A DNA stretch of 64,000 nucleotides from Pecten maximus (Eukaryota): the NCBI RefSeq assembly GCF_902652985.1, contig NC_047024.1:15748001-15812000 (forward strand), written 5' to 3'. The position numbers were made by a program, and so were the translations under genes. How positions within the stretch are numbered: the first letter of the stretch is position 1; the number at the start of each line of letters is the position of its first letter. Shown piece by piece: positions 46,801 through 61,200 of the stretch. Under the pieces are notes generated by a model. It had not been told where the DNA came from and did not search any database. It saw nothing but the letters and a program-made list of their open reading frames with translations.

Positions 46801-49800
46801 TGGTTATAAAATTAAGAGTGCACTTTACTGATTGAATAGAGTATGACTCGAACCATCTCCCTGTTTAACGCCCCTGAGAATATCAAAGAAGTGAGAAGTT
46901 TTTGAATGAGGACTATGTGACATAGTACATGTCTCCAATAAAATGATAAAACTTATCACAAACATCATAATTAACTAGTTTATTCATCAGACCTTACCTC
47001 CACACAGAGTCAAACGACATTTTAAAATCAACAAATCATCAAAATATATTTTGCTTACCTATAGATACATATATTTGTTATAATAGATTTAAGATGAAAA
47101 AGAACGTCTGAGGGGATTTCGTATTTTCTAAAATAAAACTGGATTTGTACATTTTGTCATGCACGAGCTCAACAAGTCTATTGCTTTGGACAAAATTCAA
47201 ACCCTCTCTAGTTACCATGAGAAGAAAACTCTGTAATAGAACCAGGAAAGATTTACTTTATAATTAGAGTTCAATAAACGCGTCTACAGAATGTGAAGTG
47301 ATTACAAACTTACCTGCCTGTAGGTCCGAAAAATCCGGTCCCGTGACACTCATCAATGAACACCATAGCGTTATGTTGATTTGCTAAAGCACAGATTTCT
47401 CTAAAAGAATAGGAAAATTAAGATCGTATATTTCTAGTGAATATTTGTCCGTTGAAATGTTCCCCCTTCGCTCATTCCTCCTCCAAAACCAACTGTGGGT
47501 AACTCATCCCGATCACATTCCCTCCCATTTCTTAACAACTTAAGGTAAATATGTCACATTACAATATCCCGCCCACTCCTTGCTAACTTAGGTACATGTT
47601 TCATTGTTGTACCAGAAATTCTTATCCGTTCATTCTTTACTTTACGGTAAATGTTTCACATTTCTGTCAGGAATTATTCCCGTCCATTCTTTCCTTACGG
47701 TAAATGTGTTACAATAATGTCATGTATCTCATTCTATGTTTACGGTAAATGTCCCACTTTTATGCTAGGACTCCCACTCTTTAATTTCTGTCAGAAATAT
47801 TCCCATATATTTACAGTAAATATCCCCGCGTTTATGCTATTCTAACCCCAACTCCTTACGAATGTACGGTAAATGTCTCACATTTTCTGACTTACGGTAA
47901 TGGTGTCACGTTCCCATCCATGCTAAACACTCCGTCCGTCACCACAAGTTTCATTCGACAGGAACTGGCGTCCTTTAGCTGTGTTTCTAGGTCTGTCAAA
48001 GACAATAAAAAATCATATTGTTCTCATCTTTCTTCAATAGAATTAAACATATAGCTGAGGGCATTTCCCTCATTTGTATCCTAAGTGTGATTATAATTGC
48101 TTCTTCTACACTCTCCTATACACCTGTCCTCATATGACCCTGGGTGTCGGTGCCCCCTGAGCACCAGTCCTCAAATGACCCTGGCTATTTGTGTCCCCTA
48201 AACACCCGTCCTCATGTGACCCTGGCAGTTTGTTTCCCCTAAACACCCGACCTTATATGACCCTGATTTTCGATGTTGCCCTAGACACCCGTCCTCATGT
48301 GACCCTGATTGTGGGTGATACCCTTGACACCCGTCCTCATGTATTCCTAATTGTGGGTGCAATCCCCCCCCCCCCCCCCCCCCCCCTAAAGTGAACCTAA
48401 CTATTGCAGGACCAAACGACAAAATAAATATATTTATATGCAGATTTAAATGAATTTGGTGGTGATTAAAGATTATATGAATTGTATTGGTAATGTAGGG
48501 TTATATTGTATTTATTTAATTAACATTTGCTCCCCATTTCCCCATTGACACAATGCTAAGAGGCAGTTGCCACCATACGCCTATATCACCCAGTGCCTCA
48601 GGCTATAACACCCAGTGGGTCATGTGACATTAAAAAAGGCGGTTTTTTTTGTTTTTTTTTTTGTTCAGTTTTTTTCAAAGTTGACGGAAATGGCAACGAA
48701 GACAATGTAAATATAAGTATTGAACAGTTGTTTTAATGTTGTTATAGTCGGTATGGCAGCAAGATGTATGGTGGGGCAAATGTAGCATGAAAACCGTAAA
48801 GGGTTCCCATGCCGTTTGCCCAACCATACATCTTGCTGCCATATCGACAATAACAACATTAAAACCACTGTTCATTGGTTAAATATTATTACCATGGTAA
48901 CATACCTGCCATATCCCTGTGCTTGTACCTCATCCTTTTCGCCTTACACAGACGGATTCCGTCAATGATAGAGGCGTGGTTCAACTCATCGGATATCACA
49001 GCATCTTCGGGGCCCAACAAAACTTCAAATATCCCCGCGTTCGCGTCAAAGCAACTAGCATATAAAATGGCGTCCTCCCGCCCATGGAAACGGGCTATTT
49101 TTTGTTCCAACTCTTTATGAAGGTCCTATTGAATTGATATATATATTAGATTGTAATTGAAGGTAAAAGAAAAAATGAAAAATTGTACATTCACTAATTA
49201 CTTTTAATTTCACTTCCAAATCTAATCAAAATTTAATGTCCGCGATGTTTCATACTCCAGAAAATTAACCGAAGTGCATTCTGGGAGATGTATCTATCAT
49301 TTTTTCCCGATTATATTGTTTTCTTGAAGTTGTTATCATTTCATTCATGATTTGTTCTATTTACATGTAAAATGCAATAAAGTAGAATTAAATTGAATTG
49401 AATTTATATATTATTTTTTACGAGGATTATCCCTTACTCCACCCCCACCCTCGAAAAAAAACCTCTTAAAATAAAACTTACGATGGTGCCACAGATAAAC
49501 CGGGTTGAGCTGACTCCAGAGCCATGGGTCTCCAGTGCCATTTTACCCGCCTCGATCACCTCCGGGTGACTCTGTAGAGGAAAAATAAAACCAGCTAGAA
49601 AAGATTTGTTTTCTATAAGATAACTAAATAAAACAGAAATATCCCCGGGAAAACACATAAAATTCATATCATAACAACAATCATTACACAATTTACTGTT
49701 TTGTCAATAGCTACTACATCGTATAGAACGCCTAATTAACATTTATTCAATTATTTGAACCTATCTTCAATTATTTGAAGATAGGTCCTATTAATTGAAG

Positions 49801-52463
49801 ATAGGTTCAATTTAATGAGAGATAGGTACAATTCTTTTGAAAATAGGTTCAATTCAATTAGAGATAGGTCCTATTAATTGAAGATAGGTTCAATTAGTCT
49901 TATTTAAACCTATCTTTCATAGAATTATCTTAATTGAACCTATCTTTAATCGAATTGAACCTATCTCTAATTGAATTAAACCTACCTTTAATTGAAGTGA
50001 ACCTATCTTCAATTATTTGAACCCATCTTCAATTATTTGAAGATAGCTTCAATTAATTGAATATATATGTTATTTGGGCGTTCCATAATATCGAACGTTT
50101 TAAACAACCCCATCCACTTACCGACAACCCAAGATAATTATTTGCACAGAAGTTAAGAATACTCGATCCCTGGCCCTCCACTCTGATTGACGGCGCCTGT
50201 TTTGACACAATGACTCTCTCCGTTTTCCATGTCCCGGCTTCTCGGATTCCGTCTAATTCTTTGTCCAGGATGTCCCGGGCCTCCGTGGCGGCAGCAGTCC
50301 CCACGCCGCGAGCATGTCGGAAACAACTCAGAGCTGTCGGTGGAGAATTCATGCAATGTATATTATCATGCTTTTATTACGGGACATCACTCTCCATATC
50401 ATGTATTTTGTTTGTATGTTTTGTATCCATGTTTACTTATGGGCCGTAAGACCCTTGGAATAAAAATTGAATTGAATGCACAAGAGATTCAATTTTGTTA
50501 TCATTGCCAATGAAAATATTCAGCCATTTCAATGAGAAATATGTTAAAATGTCAAGTTTATTTATTTTACAACAAATGTACAATTGTGAAACAAATTTTT
50601 TTATTGCCTATATAAATCACTCTTGCTGGGCCGAATGGAAGCGCGCGAGGGAAAGCGCGCGATTGCCCAGAAAAGAATATGTTTTTCAAGGTCACTGTAT
50701 AGGTTACATAGCTAAGTCATTATTACGAATTACTATAAATAGACTAGTTGTCACTGGGAACTATAAGCCGTTATTACGAGATACTTATTACGAGATACTA
50801 TAAATAGTTGTTTAATACTGGAAACTATAAGTCGTTATACGAGATAATTATTACGAGATAATTATTACTAGATAATATAAGTCGTTATACGGTATACTGT
50901 AAGCATAGGTATTAGCCTCGTCCGTCAATAAGTCGTTAAATTATGATATATCTACAGAAGCCATTTTAATTTCTCCATGTCGCTGTATTCCATTATACGA
51001 GAATCTCCTATTTATCATTTTTCGGCATAGCCGTCTAATATTCTTTTGGTCCCGGATATGACGCGACAGGTGGCGTTACTGGTCAAGATGAAGTATGTGA
51101 TTGGTCAATGTAGCGGTAGATGCAAAATGAAGTTATGAAGTTAAAAACGAAACAAAGATAAGATTGAATGCAAGCTGAATAAGTGGGTGTATCTTTTCAA
51201 ATGACACATTAATAAGATTATATTCCTGATTCAATTGCAGTCTTATTATCACCAAAAATGATTCAAACTGATACAATTTTGTTATCTGTGCTGAAACGCA
51301 TTAGTTCGTTGATTTATTTCACCAGCAGTTTTACATCATAACTCCAGCATTAAAACTATGCCGTTTATCTTTTTTAAAGATATTTCTTGTTCACGTATAA
51401 CTTCGGGAAAAGTATGGTGGAAAGTGGAAACTGTTCAGTTTATTTTATTATTTCATTAATTCAGTGTTTTTTTTCTAATCTGACTGGTAGACTGACGAAC
51501 TTAGGAAGGTCACACAATTCACACTGAACATTTTACTTACATTGTATATTTATCTATTACATTAGTTATGTACATCGTAGAGATACAATGCTGTCGTGTG
51601 ATAAGTATTTCTGAAACTCCACCGCTAAATTCCACGTGGTATGAACCACAGGATCGTGTACAAATTTCAAAACTCCCCATTATTTATTATATATAGTATA
51701 AGGTCTTGGGAAGTTGTACCATGTCCCGGTGATACGAACATAAAAAGTAGCATGGCTGGCCTAGATATATACAAGAGTTCGTTCATTCACATATAGGTAT
51801 ATTAACACCTGGACAAAAACAATTGCTTCGTAAGAAAGATGTATCAATATTTAAACCGCTATATAGATCCTTGTCCAGGTTAATGTGGACGGTTTTTTTT
51901 GCCTGTACAACGATGTAGAGAAACTTAAAAGACAAAACTCTACAACCATCACAAACTCTCACGACACAAACACGTTTAGTTTTAAAAACAGCCCGTCAAA
52001 CATAACAGATCGCCTATAATCAACCAACCGTGAATCGATATATACATGTATATATATGTGACAACGCTTTAAAGCTATTTCTGTGCACTTGCAGTGGACC
52101 GATCGACACGCCGTGCCCTATTACAGCGCGTTTCTTTATTAAAAAAACATTTACAAAATTCGCTTAAAATTTCCCAACCCGATGTGAATAATTTGAGCTA
52201 AAATTACAAAAAGACTTTTTTATGTTTAGCTGTGTGGTAGCGTATTAACAAATACACATGTGTGTACAGGTATTGATCGGTTGAGTGCGCTGCAATACAT
52301 ATTATAAGAATTCTGTCTGTACATACAAGTCATACGGAGATTTCTGTAATTTCGTCCATTTGTCGTCTTACAATTTCCTTGCCATATTATCGAACGTATA
52401 TTAAAGCAGGTCTATAACCAGAAAACACCTACCATTTTTTGACAGAAGTGGGCGAAATCTCAT
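37863..52463 (-). CDS. GCAT: 2-amino-3-ketobutyrate CoA ligase (glycine C-acetyltransferase), mitochondrial, 422 aa
   Basis: 12 exons, each written 5'->3' on the minus strand: 52463-52433, 50333-50122, 49571-49482, 49125-48906, 47992-47896, 47400-47314, 43700-43618, 42116-42007, 40955-40854, 40405-40327, 38845-38798, 37972-37863; GT-AG, phases consistent, 1269 nt. Motifs [39 protein letters not shown] lysine [32 protein letters not shown]. The short first exon is the least certain. Confidence 0.96.
39294..40268 (+). mobile_element. Decayed, internally deleted mariner (Tc1/mariner) transposon in a GCAT intron
   Basis: TA-flanked imperfect TIRs (TA|CGAGGGATGAT ... ATCAGCCTTCG|TA). Transposase remnants [61 protein letters not shown]. 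Confidence 0.92.
42163..43105. repeat. Minisatellite, ~61-bp unit
   Basis: GTGGTTATAACTACCACTAACTAGGTTAGGGGAGTTAAACCGAGTTAGATGTTCATTGTGT, about 15 copies. Confidence 0.95.
43175..43602 (+). repeat. Tandem array (~65-bp unit) of a SINE-like 3' tail
   Basis: ACCTCAGCTGTTGATAGGACGTTAAACAATACCAAACC about 6 times; same family as 25118-25552. Confidence 0.85.
44602..44769. mobile_element. MITE-like element with ~24-bp terminal inverted repeats
   Basis: CGGTGTAATGTTGAAAATGGACCC ... GGGTTCATTTTCAACGTTACACCG. Confidence 0.7.
44843..46715. repeat. Minisatellite, 25-bp unit (GACAAGTACATTATGTAACAACAAT)
   Basis: Very homogeneous array of about 75 copies. Confidence 0.97.
48120..48360. repeat. Degenerate ~40-bp tandem repeat (ACACCCGTCCTCATGTGACCCTG...)
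   Basis: About 6 diverged copies followed by a poly-C run. Confidence 0.8.
49745..50060. repeat. ~23-bp repeat with alternating orientation (TGAACCTATCTTCAAT / ATTGAAGATAGGTTCA)
   Basis: The unit switches strand three times within ~300 bp. Confidence 0.8.
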
Positions 52464-53209
52464 TAGCTTCCCAATGCCATCCATATTGTGCCTCTTGTAG
52501 TTTTGGAAGAAAGATCACACCACAGGAACGTATACTCTGTTACTCGCTTACATTTATTTTGTAATATTGTTAGATCCGGCTCGGCAAGGTATCGTGTCTT
52601 AGTTTTACTTGTCGAATGGTTTTCACTGCCCTGTTTTATAAATATCCTCTCCTCCAAGATATATTCTTTTTGTACGTGTGTAATATATACCTTAAATGCT
52701 GTGAGCCTTGTTTGCTTTATATACAGATAACAATGACACAGAATCATGGCAAAATATTTGGGCTCACCTCTGTGGGTGACCTTAAGTATTATTTATTAAA
52801 ATGAACATAAAAACACATAAATACATATATAAAAAGAAAGGTGAGCGGCAAAATTACGCTAAAATGACGTATACTGTCGATTTCACTTATTGAAATAACA
52901 CAACATCTCAGCTTTAAAAACAGTTATGTTCGATTTCCGAGAATTTTCACACCGTCACGTCTGCTTCATAAGATTTTTAAAAACATTAAAAATTGTAGCA
53001 AAAAATCCTTTTTGCTTTCATGTTTATTTTTAGATTCTTGAAATGTCCCTAATATCGAGTTCATGTAAATGTGTTATACGTTTGATAAAAATAGGTGTAC
53101 AACGCTGGTGTTATAGATTATACGAAAGTTTGAGCTTCTCTTTTTATCTTTCAAATACAATAATTAAAGGTATCCCGAAGAGAGCGCGTGATTAATTAAA
53201 ATTTAATTA

Positions 53210-53690
53210 CTGCCTCCGCTAGGAATCGAACCCGTGACCTCTGGCTTACTGGTCTTACGCTTAACCGGTTGAGCTTAAGAGATGTTCTCCGTAGCAGAGC
53301 TAGTATTTACCAGGGTAATATTAACCGGTCGAGCTTAAGAGATGTTCTCCGTAGCAGAGCTAGTATTTACCAGGGTAATATTAACCGGTCGAGCTTAGAG
53401 ATGTTCTCCGTAGCAGAGCTAGTATTTACAAGGGTAATATTAACCGGTCGAGCTTAGAGATGTTCTCCGTAGCAGAGCTAGTATTTACAAGGGTAATATT
53501 AACCGGTCGAGCTTAGAGATGTTCTCCGTAGCAGAGCTAGTATTTACCAGGGTAATATTAACCGGTCGAGCTTAGAGATGTTCTCCGTAGCAGAGCTAGT
53601 ATTTACCAGGGTAATATTAACCGGTCGAGCTTAGAGATGTTCTCCGTAGCAGAGCTAGTATTTACCAGGGTAATATGACAAGTATATATA
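53210..53690 (-). mobile_element. tRNA-like (SINE-like) sequence whose 5' portion is amplified as a 59-60-bp tandem repeat
   Basis: Minus strand reads AGCTCAACCGGTTAAGCG..AGT..GAGGTCACGGGTTCGATTCC (A/B boxes, T-arm). Seven copies of GAGCTTAGAGATGTTCTCCGTAGCAGAGCTAGTATTTACCAGGGTAATATTAACCGGTC. Confidence 0.7.
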
Positions 53691-53887
53691 TAAAGATATA
53701 GACGTCATCCTGTTATACCATTGTAAAACACGTTTTATGTATGGTATTAGTGTAATACTGTATTCTGAGATGTGTGTTATACCGTTACTGATATAATTGT
53801 ATTGTGATGGTATCAATCGTATATTAACACTGTATAATACTATATCAGACTTATTAGAAGATTTCTATGGTTTCTGACCTTATTACT

Positions 53888-54707
53888 GCTATCAATCATA
53901 ATTGTACGATTGTAAGATTTGTGTAATTGCTATCAATCATAATTGTAAGTTTTGTGTAATTACTATCAATCATAATTTGTTCGATTGTATGGTTTGTGTA
54001 ATTGCTATCAATCATGATTGCATGATATTAAGTTTTGTGTAATTGCTATCAAATCATAATTGTAAAATTTGTGTAATTGCTATCAATCATGATAATTGTA
54101 CGATTGTAAAATTTGTGTAATTGCTAGCAATCATGATAATTGTACGATTGTAAGATTTGTGTAATTGCTATCAATCATGATAATTGTAAGATTGTAAGAT
54201 TTGTGTAATTGCTATCAATCATGATAATTGTACGATTGTAAGATTTGTGTAATTGCTATCAATCATGATAATTGTAAGATTGTAAGATTTGTGTAATTGC
54301 TATCAATCATGATAATTGTACGATTGTAAGATTTGTGTAATTGCTAGCAATCATGATAATTGTACGATTGTAAAATTTGTGTAATTGCTATATCAATCAT
54401 GATAATTGTACGATTGTAAGATTTGTGTAATTGCTATCAATCATGATAATTGTACGATTGTAAGATTTGTGTAATTGCTATCAATCATGATAATTGTACG
54501 ATTGTAAGATTTGTGTAATTGCTATCAATCATGATAATTGTACGATTGTAAGATTTGTGTAATTGCTATCAATCATGATAATTGTACGATTGTAAGATTT
54601 GTGTAATTGCTATCAATCATGATAATTGTACGATTGTAAGATTTGTGTAATTGCTATCAATCATGATAATTGTACGATTGTAAAATTTGTGTAATTGCTA
54701 TCAATCA
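53888..54707. repeat. Minisatellite, 44-bp unit (GCTATCAATCATGATAATTGTACGATTGTAAGATTTGTGTAATT)
   Basis: Unit read directly. Confidence 0.95.
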
Positions 54708-55295
54708 CATCTTTGTAGTAATATATCTTTTACAGACCTATTAAATGTTGCACACAATAAAGAAAAAACCCCAACTATATAACACTTTACCATGACGGAA
54801 TTATTTTTTAAAAGGGTGATACATATATATTTCCGTGTATGACATCTTAGACCCAAGTTGCAGATTCTATTCGTCACATGTCGTATTCGAAAGAAAATTA
54901 GTCAAACCCCTCTGATAATTTTCTTCAATAATGTACATTTCCACACATTTTTTTACCAGTCAAGACATTCTCGGCCCACATCGGCTTTCATACTACTTTA
55001 AAATGAATTCAAGGGGCGTAACTCTGACATATCTGAATTACTTCACGGTTATAACTTCACTTCGAATATCATCGATGTGATGATTGTCGACGTCCGCAGT
55101 CGACTCCTAGTCCTTACAAGAGTTCTCAAACACCTGTCATATCCTTACATCTTAAAACTGACATTTTAAAGTAAGTACATGTGTATTTGTCTATACGACG
55201 TGTAAGCTCCCCTACAGTTGAATGTATTGGTTCGGTTTCGTTTCGTTTCATTTCTTACAAAATTTGTATGAATCATTTTGGCGGCTAACTTGAAA

Positions 55296-58200
55296 ATGGC
55301 GGATGTGGAGAAGACGGTCGAAGTGCTGGAAAAATTTGAACTCCAGCGCCTGCAAGAAGGTTTGATAAGTGTTAGGGTTGAAGTACAAGTTGATCAGGGG
55401 ATACCATATTTCTATTTTAACTTCTCATTTAAACTTACTACCGCCATAGATACTGTGAATGCTTTATTGGCCGCGATGAAAGCGAGTCCGAATGATGACA
55501 GATCTTCCAGCTGACTTCGTATCCTGATTTTAAATGTTTACAATTGAATATTTAATCTTTTCGTATTTGTCGAACCTCGAGGACACATCGATTGTACTTG
55601 TATGTACTTCTGCTACGTACGAGAAGTATGTGGTTGTTTTGGTTACATACTGATGAGAACAGTTTGGGTGTACAATGTTTACAATTGAATATTTAACCTT
55701 TTCGTATTTGTCGAACCTCGAAGTCATATCGATTGTACTTGTACCTCGGCTACGTACGAGAATCGCGTGGTTGTTTTGATTCCACACTGGCAGTTTGGGT
55801 ATAGAATGTTGTCCAGCTGACACACCATTAAGTGTAGGAACCCTTCACCAAACATGGTGTCGTGTCCGGGACATGTGTAATCCAAATGGTTATGCTGTTG
55901 ATATCGCCTTTAAAGCTGATTTAACAAGTAAGATTGTCAGAAAATTCGGGCTAGGTCAGAGGAAACACTCGGACTTATTTTTGTGATCTACAGACAGTTA
56001 AAATTCAATACAACAATATTAATTGTTTCCTGAATTATTTTCAGACTGGGTGAAGTCTATATGGGATAGTGATTTTACAGACATCGACCCGATTGATATC
56101 GACTTACAGAATGACTTCCAAGAGATTGACTTCCATCGCCAGTCGCTTCGTCTGCTGCAGGAAATTCTTGTGGACTGGATCACCCACAAGGAAGGGGGTC
56201 AGGGAGAAGGTAAGTTGTGTTGAAAAATGAAAAAAAAAACTGTTTTTTATCTTAATTGTTTAAATTTTTAAAATGAGGGAGTAATATGGATAAACCTACT
56301 CCAATAATATTAGAGGTTTACACGACAGGAAACTTTTGACAGGCTGTCATGTAACAATCAGGTGGAATAAGACCTCATATACGTATAGGAGTAGGATAAA
56401 CCATGTTGTTTTTAACTTTGTTGGCCTCAAGACAATGATGTATAGAATTATGTTTCCCTGAATGGCATTTTGATTTGACTATTTTTGCAAAAGTAATTTC
56501 CCTTTAGGGGGGGGGGGGTGTTGTCCAACGATCTCTGTCAGATTTCTACCCTTTTCTTTGAATCTTGCAATTGGTAGGCTTTGATATAATGTGTTTAATG
56601 AGTTGGGATTTTACTCCCATTGGCATTGACTATTAAATATTTGTTAAGCTGTTAAAATTGGAACATTGACTTTGTAGTGAATGGTGTGAGAATGGTACAC
56701 AACCACACATAAGTTAATGCAAAACTTATTTCAGTGTAAGATATTATATAATATATATATCACTCTATGGCATTCAACAGGTTTATTATTACACCCACAT
56801 GTTAATCAAAAGCTATCGACCAGACATAATTATATTGACAATTGTACTGGTGTGTTATTGTGTATTTCAGGATTCTGGACTGTCCTGGTGGAGAATGATA
56901 TTCAACACAAGCACCTCATCGCTTTGTTGGCATACCTTATTGACATAGGACAATCGGTAAGATTTTAAACTGTGTGGCCATGAGATCACAATTCAACAAT
57001 CTTCTCCTTGTTGTGCTAGACTGGGAGCAGATCAACTCCAGATATATGATGTGGACATTTTACCTGTAAATATGAATGGTAAAGATTGATTATCTTTTGT
57101 CATTTGTCTACCATCATCTCCTGATTGGCTTTTGATTTTCATATTGCTTTCAACAGACTGTCTCATGGTCCTTTCATTACTGTAAACATTGAAATTTGTG
57201 TAATCTCTAACTACAAACGAAGGTGGGTTGATTGCGAAAATTACCCATATGTGTATAGTTAACATATATCCAGATCCTGAAATTAACCAGCCGCGAAAAT
57301 AACCATTTACAGTAACCTCATCAATAGGGTAATCTTATCACTCCGTCCATAGTGCATTTTCCTAATCTATGAAACGTGAAAATCCGAGGTTTGTGGATCA
57401 GTCCCTGTGTGGAACAGTTTGTGTTTCTCTCTACAGTTTAAATCTTATTATTTGTTAGGGGCCATAACATCAAAAATGATTCAAAGTTAAAACTTTTAAT
57501 TTGAGTTTAATAGACGTTACTGTGATTCAGTATTGTTTGTTTTTCAGAAAACTGCAGACAGCATGAAAAAAGAATCGGCCATTTTATCGTGTTCAGGCTA
57601 CCTCAAGTTGTTAGCAGTTCCTGGTAAGATTGGTTGGTCAAACTTAGTTGCCATGATATCAAAGTTATTTAATTCTGGTTCGTTTTAAGGTGTCATCTTC
57701 CCTCGCCTAGGATAAAGGTGCGTCTAAGTTTGCTCCTGAAGAGGAGTCCGGGCTTTCAAACTCTTGTTTAGCGAAGGTGAAAGATAGATGAACTCCTTAT
57801 TTCCACTAGTAACTTTTTAAAAACATTTGAATCTGCTGTGCAATTCAACGCAAAGCAGAGTTTCCATTTGGAATGAATATCAAAATTAAAGATCTCTATA
57901 GTCTGACTTTCTGTCTAAAAACAACTCTGAGGTGTGTTGTGTCTCACAAAGTCAGATAGTAAGCTTCAGAAAAATATCGGGGCTCAAAGTAGATATTTTT
58001 ACTAGGTGGCCTATTTGACTACCTAGTCATAAAATCTAGGCGCCAATTAACTGGTCGCCAATGGTGAATTTAAGGCGCCATGGCCACATTGAGCCCATAT
58101 ATACCATTGTTTCTTTGCCAAAATGAGGTCCAGGGCATTAAGTGTTTGCCCTTTGTCTGTCTGTTCATCCACTTGTTTAAGAAGTTTTAAGATTTTTTAA

Positions 58201-61200
58201 TCAACTAATTAATAGTGAGAAGATAATATTGTTTTCAGTTAAAATATTTTTAGTGTTAAATATAAATGCTCTGTAGTCAGATTGAATTTAAATTTTCATA
58301 AAAGTATTGAAATTTGTTGAATTTTTTATTCATTTGAATGTTTATTTGATGTAGAATGATATAAAGGTAGAATGCTCTCCAAAGTGTTTAAACTTAGACA
58401 CAATGATAGCTGTAACAACCATTCAGCTAGTACTTCTGTGAACATTGCTCAGAAAACAGCGTTCATGTTTTAATGTCTTAAGTTGTATATTTGCAGGCAG
58501 CAGCGCCTTCAATGTGTTCCATCCAGTACTGTACGAGAAGACAATCGATACGCTGAAACTGTTGACGTCAGTTGGTAAGGAATAACGAGTGTGAACAACA
58601 GTAATCAGGTCCGGCTTAAACCATTGGGAGTTTATAATATACCACAAATCAACAAAAATCCTTCAGAATTCTCATGCCAGATTATTCATTGGCCTGAAAA
58701 ATAGATTATTTTCAATACAGGATATGTTGTAAATGTTATCAAATATAAGCATGCACTTGTAAGGGCTATTCCATTAAAATATCTACCTGACCCCAGGAAA
58801 CCAAAATAAATCACTTCTATCCATGATTAGATTTCTTTCCTATAAGTTCTAGTAATTTATTCAGTAAATTATATGGCAGGGCTTTTTCTCACTGGTTTGA
58901 GATGGGGCTTTTTTGAGTCAATTTGGGAAGAAAATTGGTAAATTAGGAAATATTTTTTCAGGAATAAACTGCAAATTTTTGGTAATTTGGCTTTAAAATG
59001 AAATAATTTCAATAGGGAATGGGGCCCATTAATGGCCCCATGAAGCCCACAGAAAAAAGTCCTGTATGGGTAGTACCCCTTAACAAAACCTGGAGTCCTG
59101 GGGTGGGATAGATGTTTCACTGGAATAACCCTTTGGTATAGATGGGCCGTTGGCAATCTTGTGTTACTGGAAGCTTCTACTGTACTGATCTTTACAAGGC
59201 ACAAGTTTCTCACCCTGTACCAGATTTACCCCCATTCTCTCTCGGGGAATTCTCTATCATTGTCGGAATAATCTGAGCTGATTTTCTTTGTCAGTTCAGT
59301 AGAGGAGTTGAATTCAGCCATTTATAGAATTTCCGACATTAGATTAATTTCACAAGCGTGTCCATTTGATGTAGTTTATACAAAAGTAAAACATGTGAGA
59401 AAAGATATATAAGGTAGAAATGATAATTGATACTGATTTTGTCCGTTGTTATTTTGTTAGATTCCAGTAAGAGAAAAAAAAGTACTGTGAGAGGCGGGAA
59501 ACAAAAAGGAAAGAAAAGTCGAGACAGCAGAGAGGCAGATCCTACAGTTGATATTAACATGGTGAGTCAGAAAATACAGATAAACACATAAAATATCAGT
59601 TAACTTTAGCTCACCTGGTCTGATGGATTGATGAGCTGGTGGCAGGGCGTGCTTTGGCGTGGCATGGCATGAACCTTCGTCGTATGTCAACAATTCCTAA
59701 AAATTAATAATAGTCATAAACAACTTTGTGGATTTTGTCTGAAGCATCCTTGAGTGAAAGGGACTAATTTTGTATTAACTGGGTCGGGCACCTCAAGGGC
59801 CTGAGGAGAAATATAGCAAATTCTTTTAAAATCCTTCTGCCTCTGTAGAAATGTAGATAATTTTACCATAATTTCTACAATGTCCAGGTGAGTGATACTG
59901 GCCCTCTGGGCCTCTTGTTATTTTCTGAATTTCTAACAAAATTAGTAGACAAGTATCTTTGTCCACAGCCCTATGTATAATTGACAGATGTTTACAAGCA
60001 GTTTCTCTTGTTCCTTCGAATTCTCTGCCATTCACTTGTTAGAACTGAAATCGTGTGACAGTTTTTATTCTAGATTTTGTTGTTAGGAAATGTTACATTA
60101 TATATTCTTGTGGTTATTTTTCTGTTGCAATCTTTTGGACATGAGGTCATAAGTTTTGTTTTTTTTTAATTTTCTTTTTCTTAATTAAATTGAAATAGTC
60201 ACTATCAAATTTTCATTGTCTTTCACACCAGTAAAAACTTAGGAGTACATGCTGGGTAGGAACATGTGCAATAATTTAATAGCTGGATTTTAAATCATTG
60301 GTAGCTTTCTTTAAAAAAACATCAGTAACACTTCCTGTATAGTTGTGGTGAAATTTTGAATTATATAGACATTAGTATAGCGAAGGTTCTCTTCTACAGG
60401 ACTTCAGTATGGATGAAGATGAGGACACCGAGGAAATGGCACCTCAAGTAGCCATGGCCATCAAGAAACTCCTGATGGATGTTCTACGGGTATGGACTCC
60501 TCATAAAGGACGATACTTGTTGCGATACCTGCTGGTTGTGATGTCACAGATGGAGGTTACATGTTTGATACTTGTTGCGATACCTGTTGGTTGTGATGTC
60601 ACAGATGCAGGTTACATGTTCGATACTTGTTACGATACCTGCCGGTTGTGATGTCACAGATGCAGGTTACATGTTCGATACTTGTTACGATACCTGCCGG
60701 TTGTGATGTCACAGATGCAGGTTACATGTTTGATACTTGTTGCGATACCTGCTGGTTGTGATGTCACAGATGTAGGTTACATGTTTGATACTTGTTACGA
60801 TACCTGCCGGTTGTGATGTCACAGATGCAGGTTACATGTTCGATACTTGTTACGATACCTGCCGGTTGTGATGTCACAGATGTAGGTTACATGTTCGATA
60901 CTTGTTACTATACCTGCCGGTTGTGATGTCACAGATGTAGGTTACATGTTTGATACTTGTTACGATACCTGCCGGCTGTGATGTCACAGATGTAGGTTAC
61001 ATGTTCGATACTTGTTACGATACCTGCTGGTTGTGATGTAACACATGCAAGTTACATGTTCGATACTTGTTACGATACCTGCTGGTTGTGATGTAACACA
61101 TGCAAGTTACATGTTCGATACTTGTTACGATACCTGCCGGTTGTAATGTCACAGATGCAGGTTAAATGTTCGATACTTGTTACGATACCTGCCGGTTGTG

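Noticed and set aside
53210-53280. Functional tRNA-Thr(AGT) gene
   Set aside because: Acceptor and anticodon stems pair poorly and the 5' part is embedded in a tandem repeat; better explained as SINE-like.
55530-55823. 97-aa ORF with an internal repeat
   Set aside because: Arises from a ~143-bp intronic tandem duplication antisense to NCAPD3.
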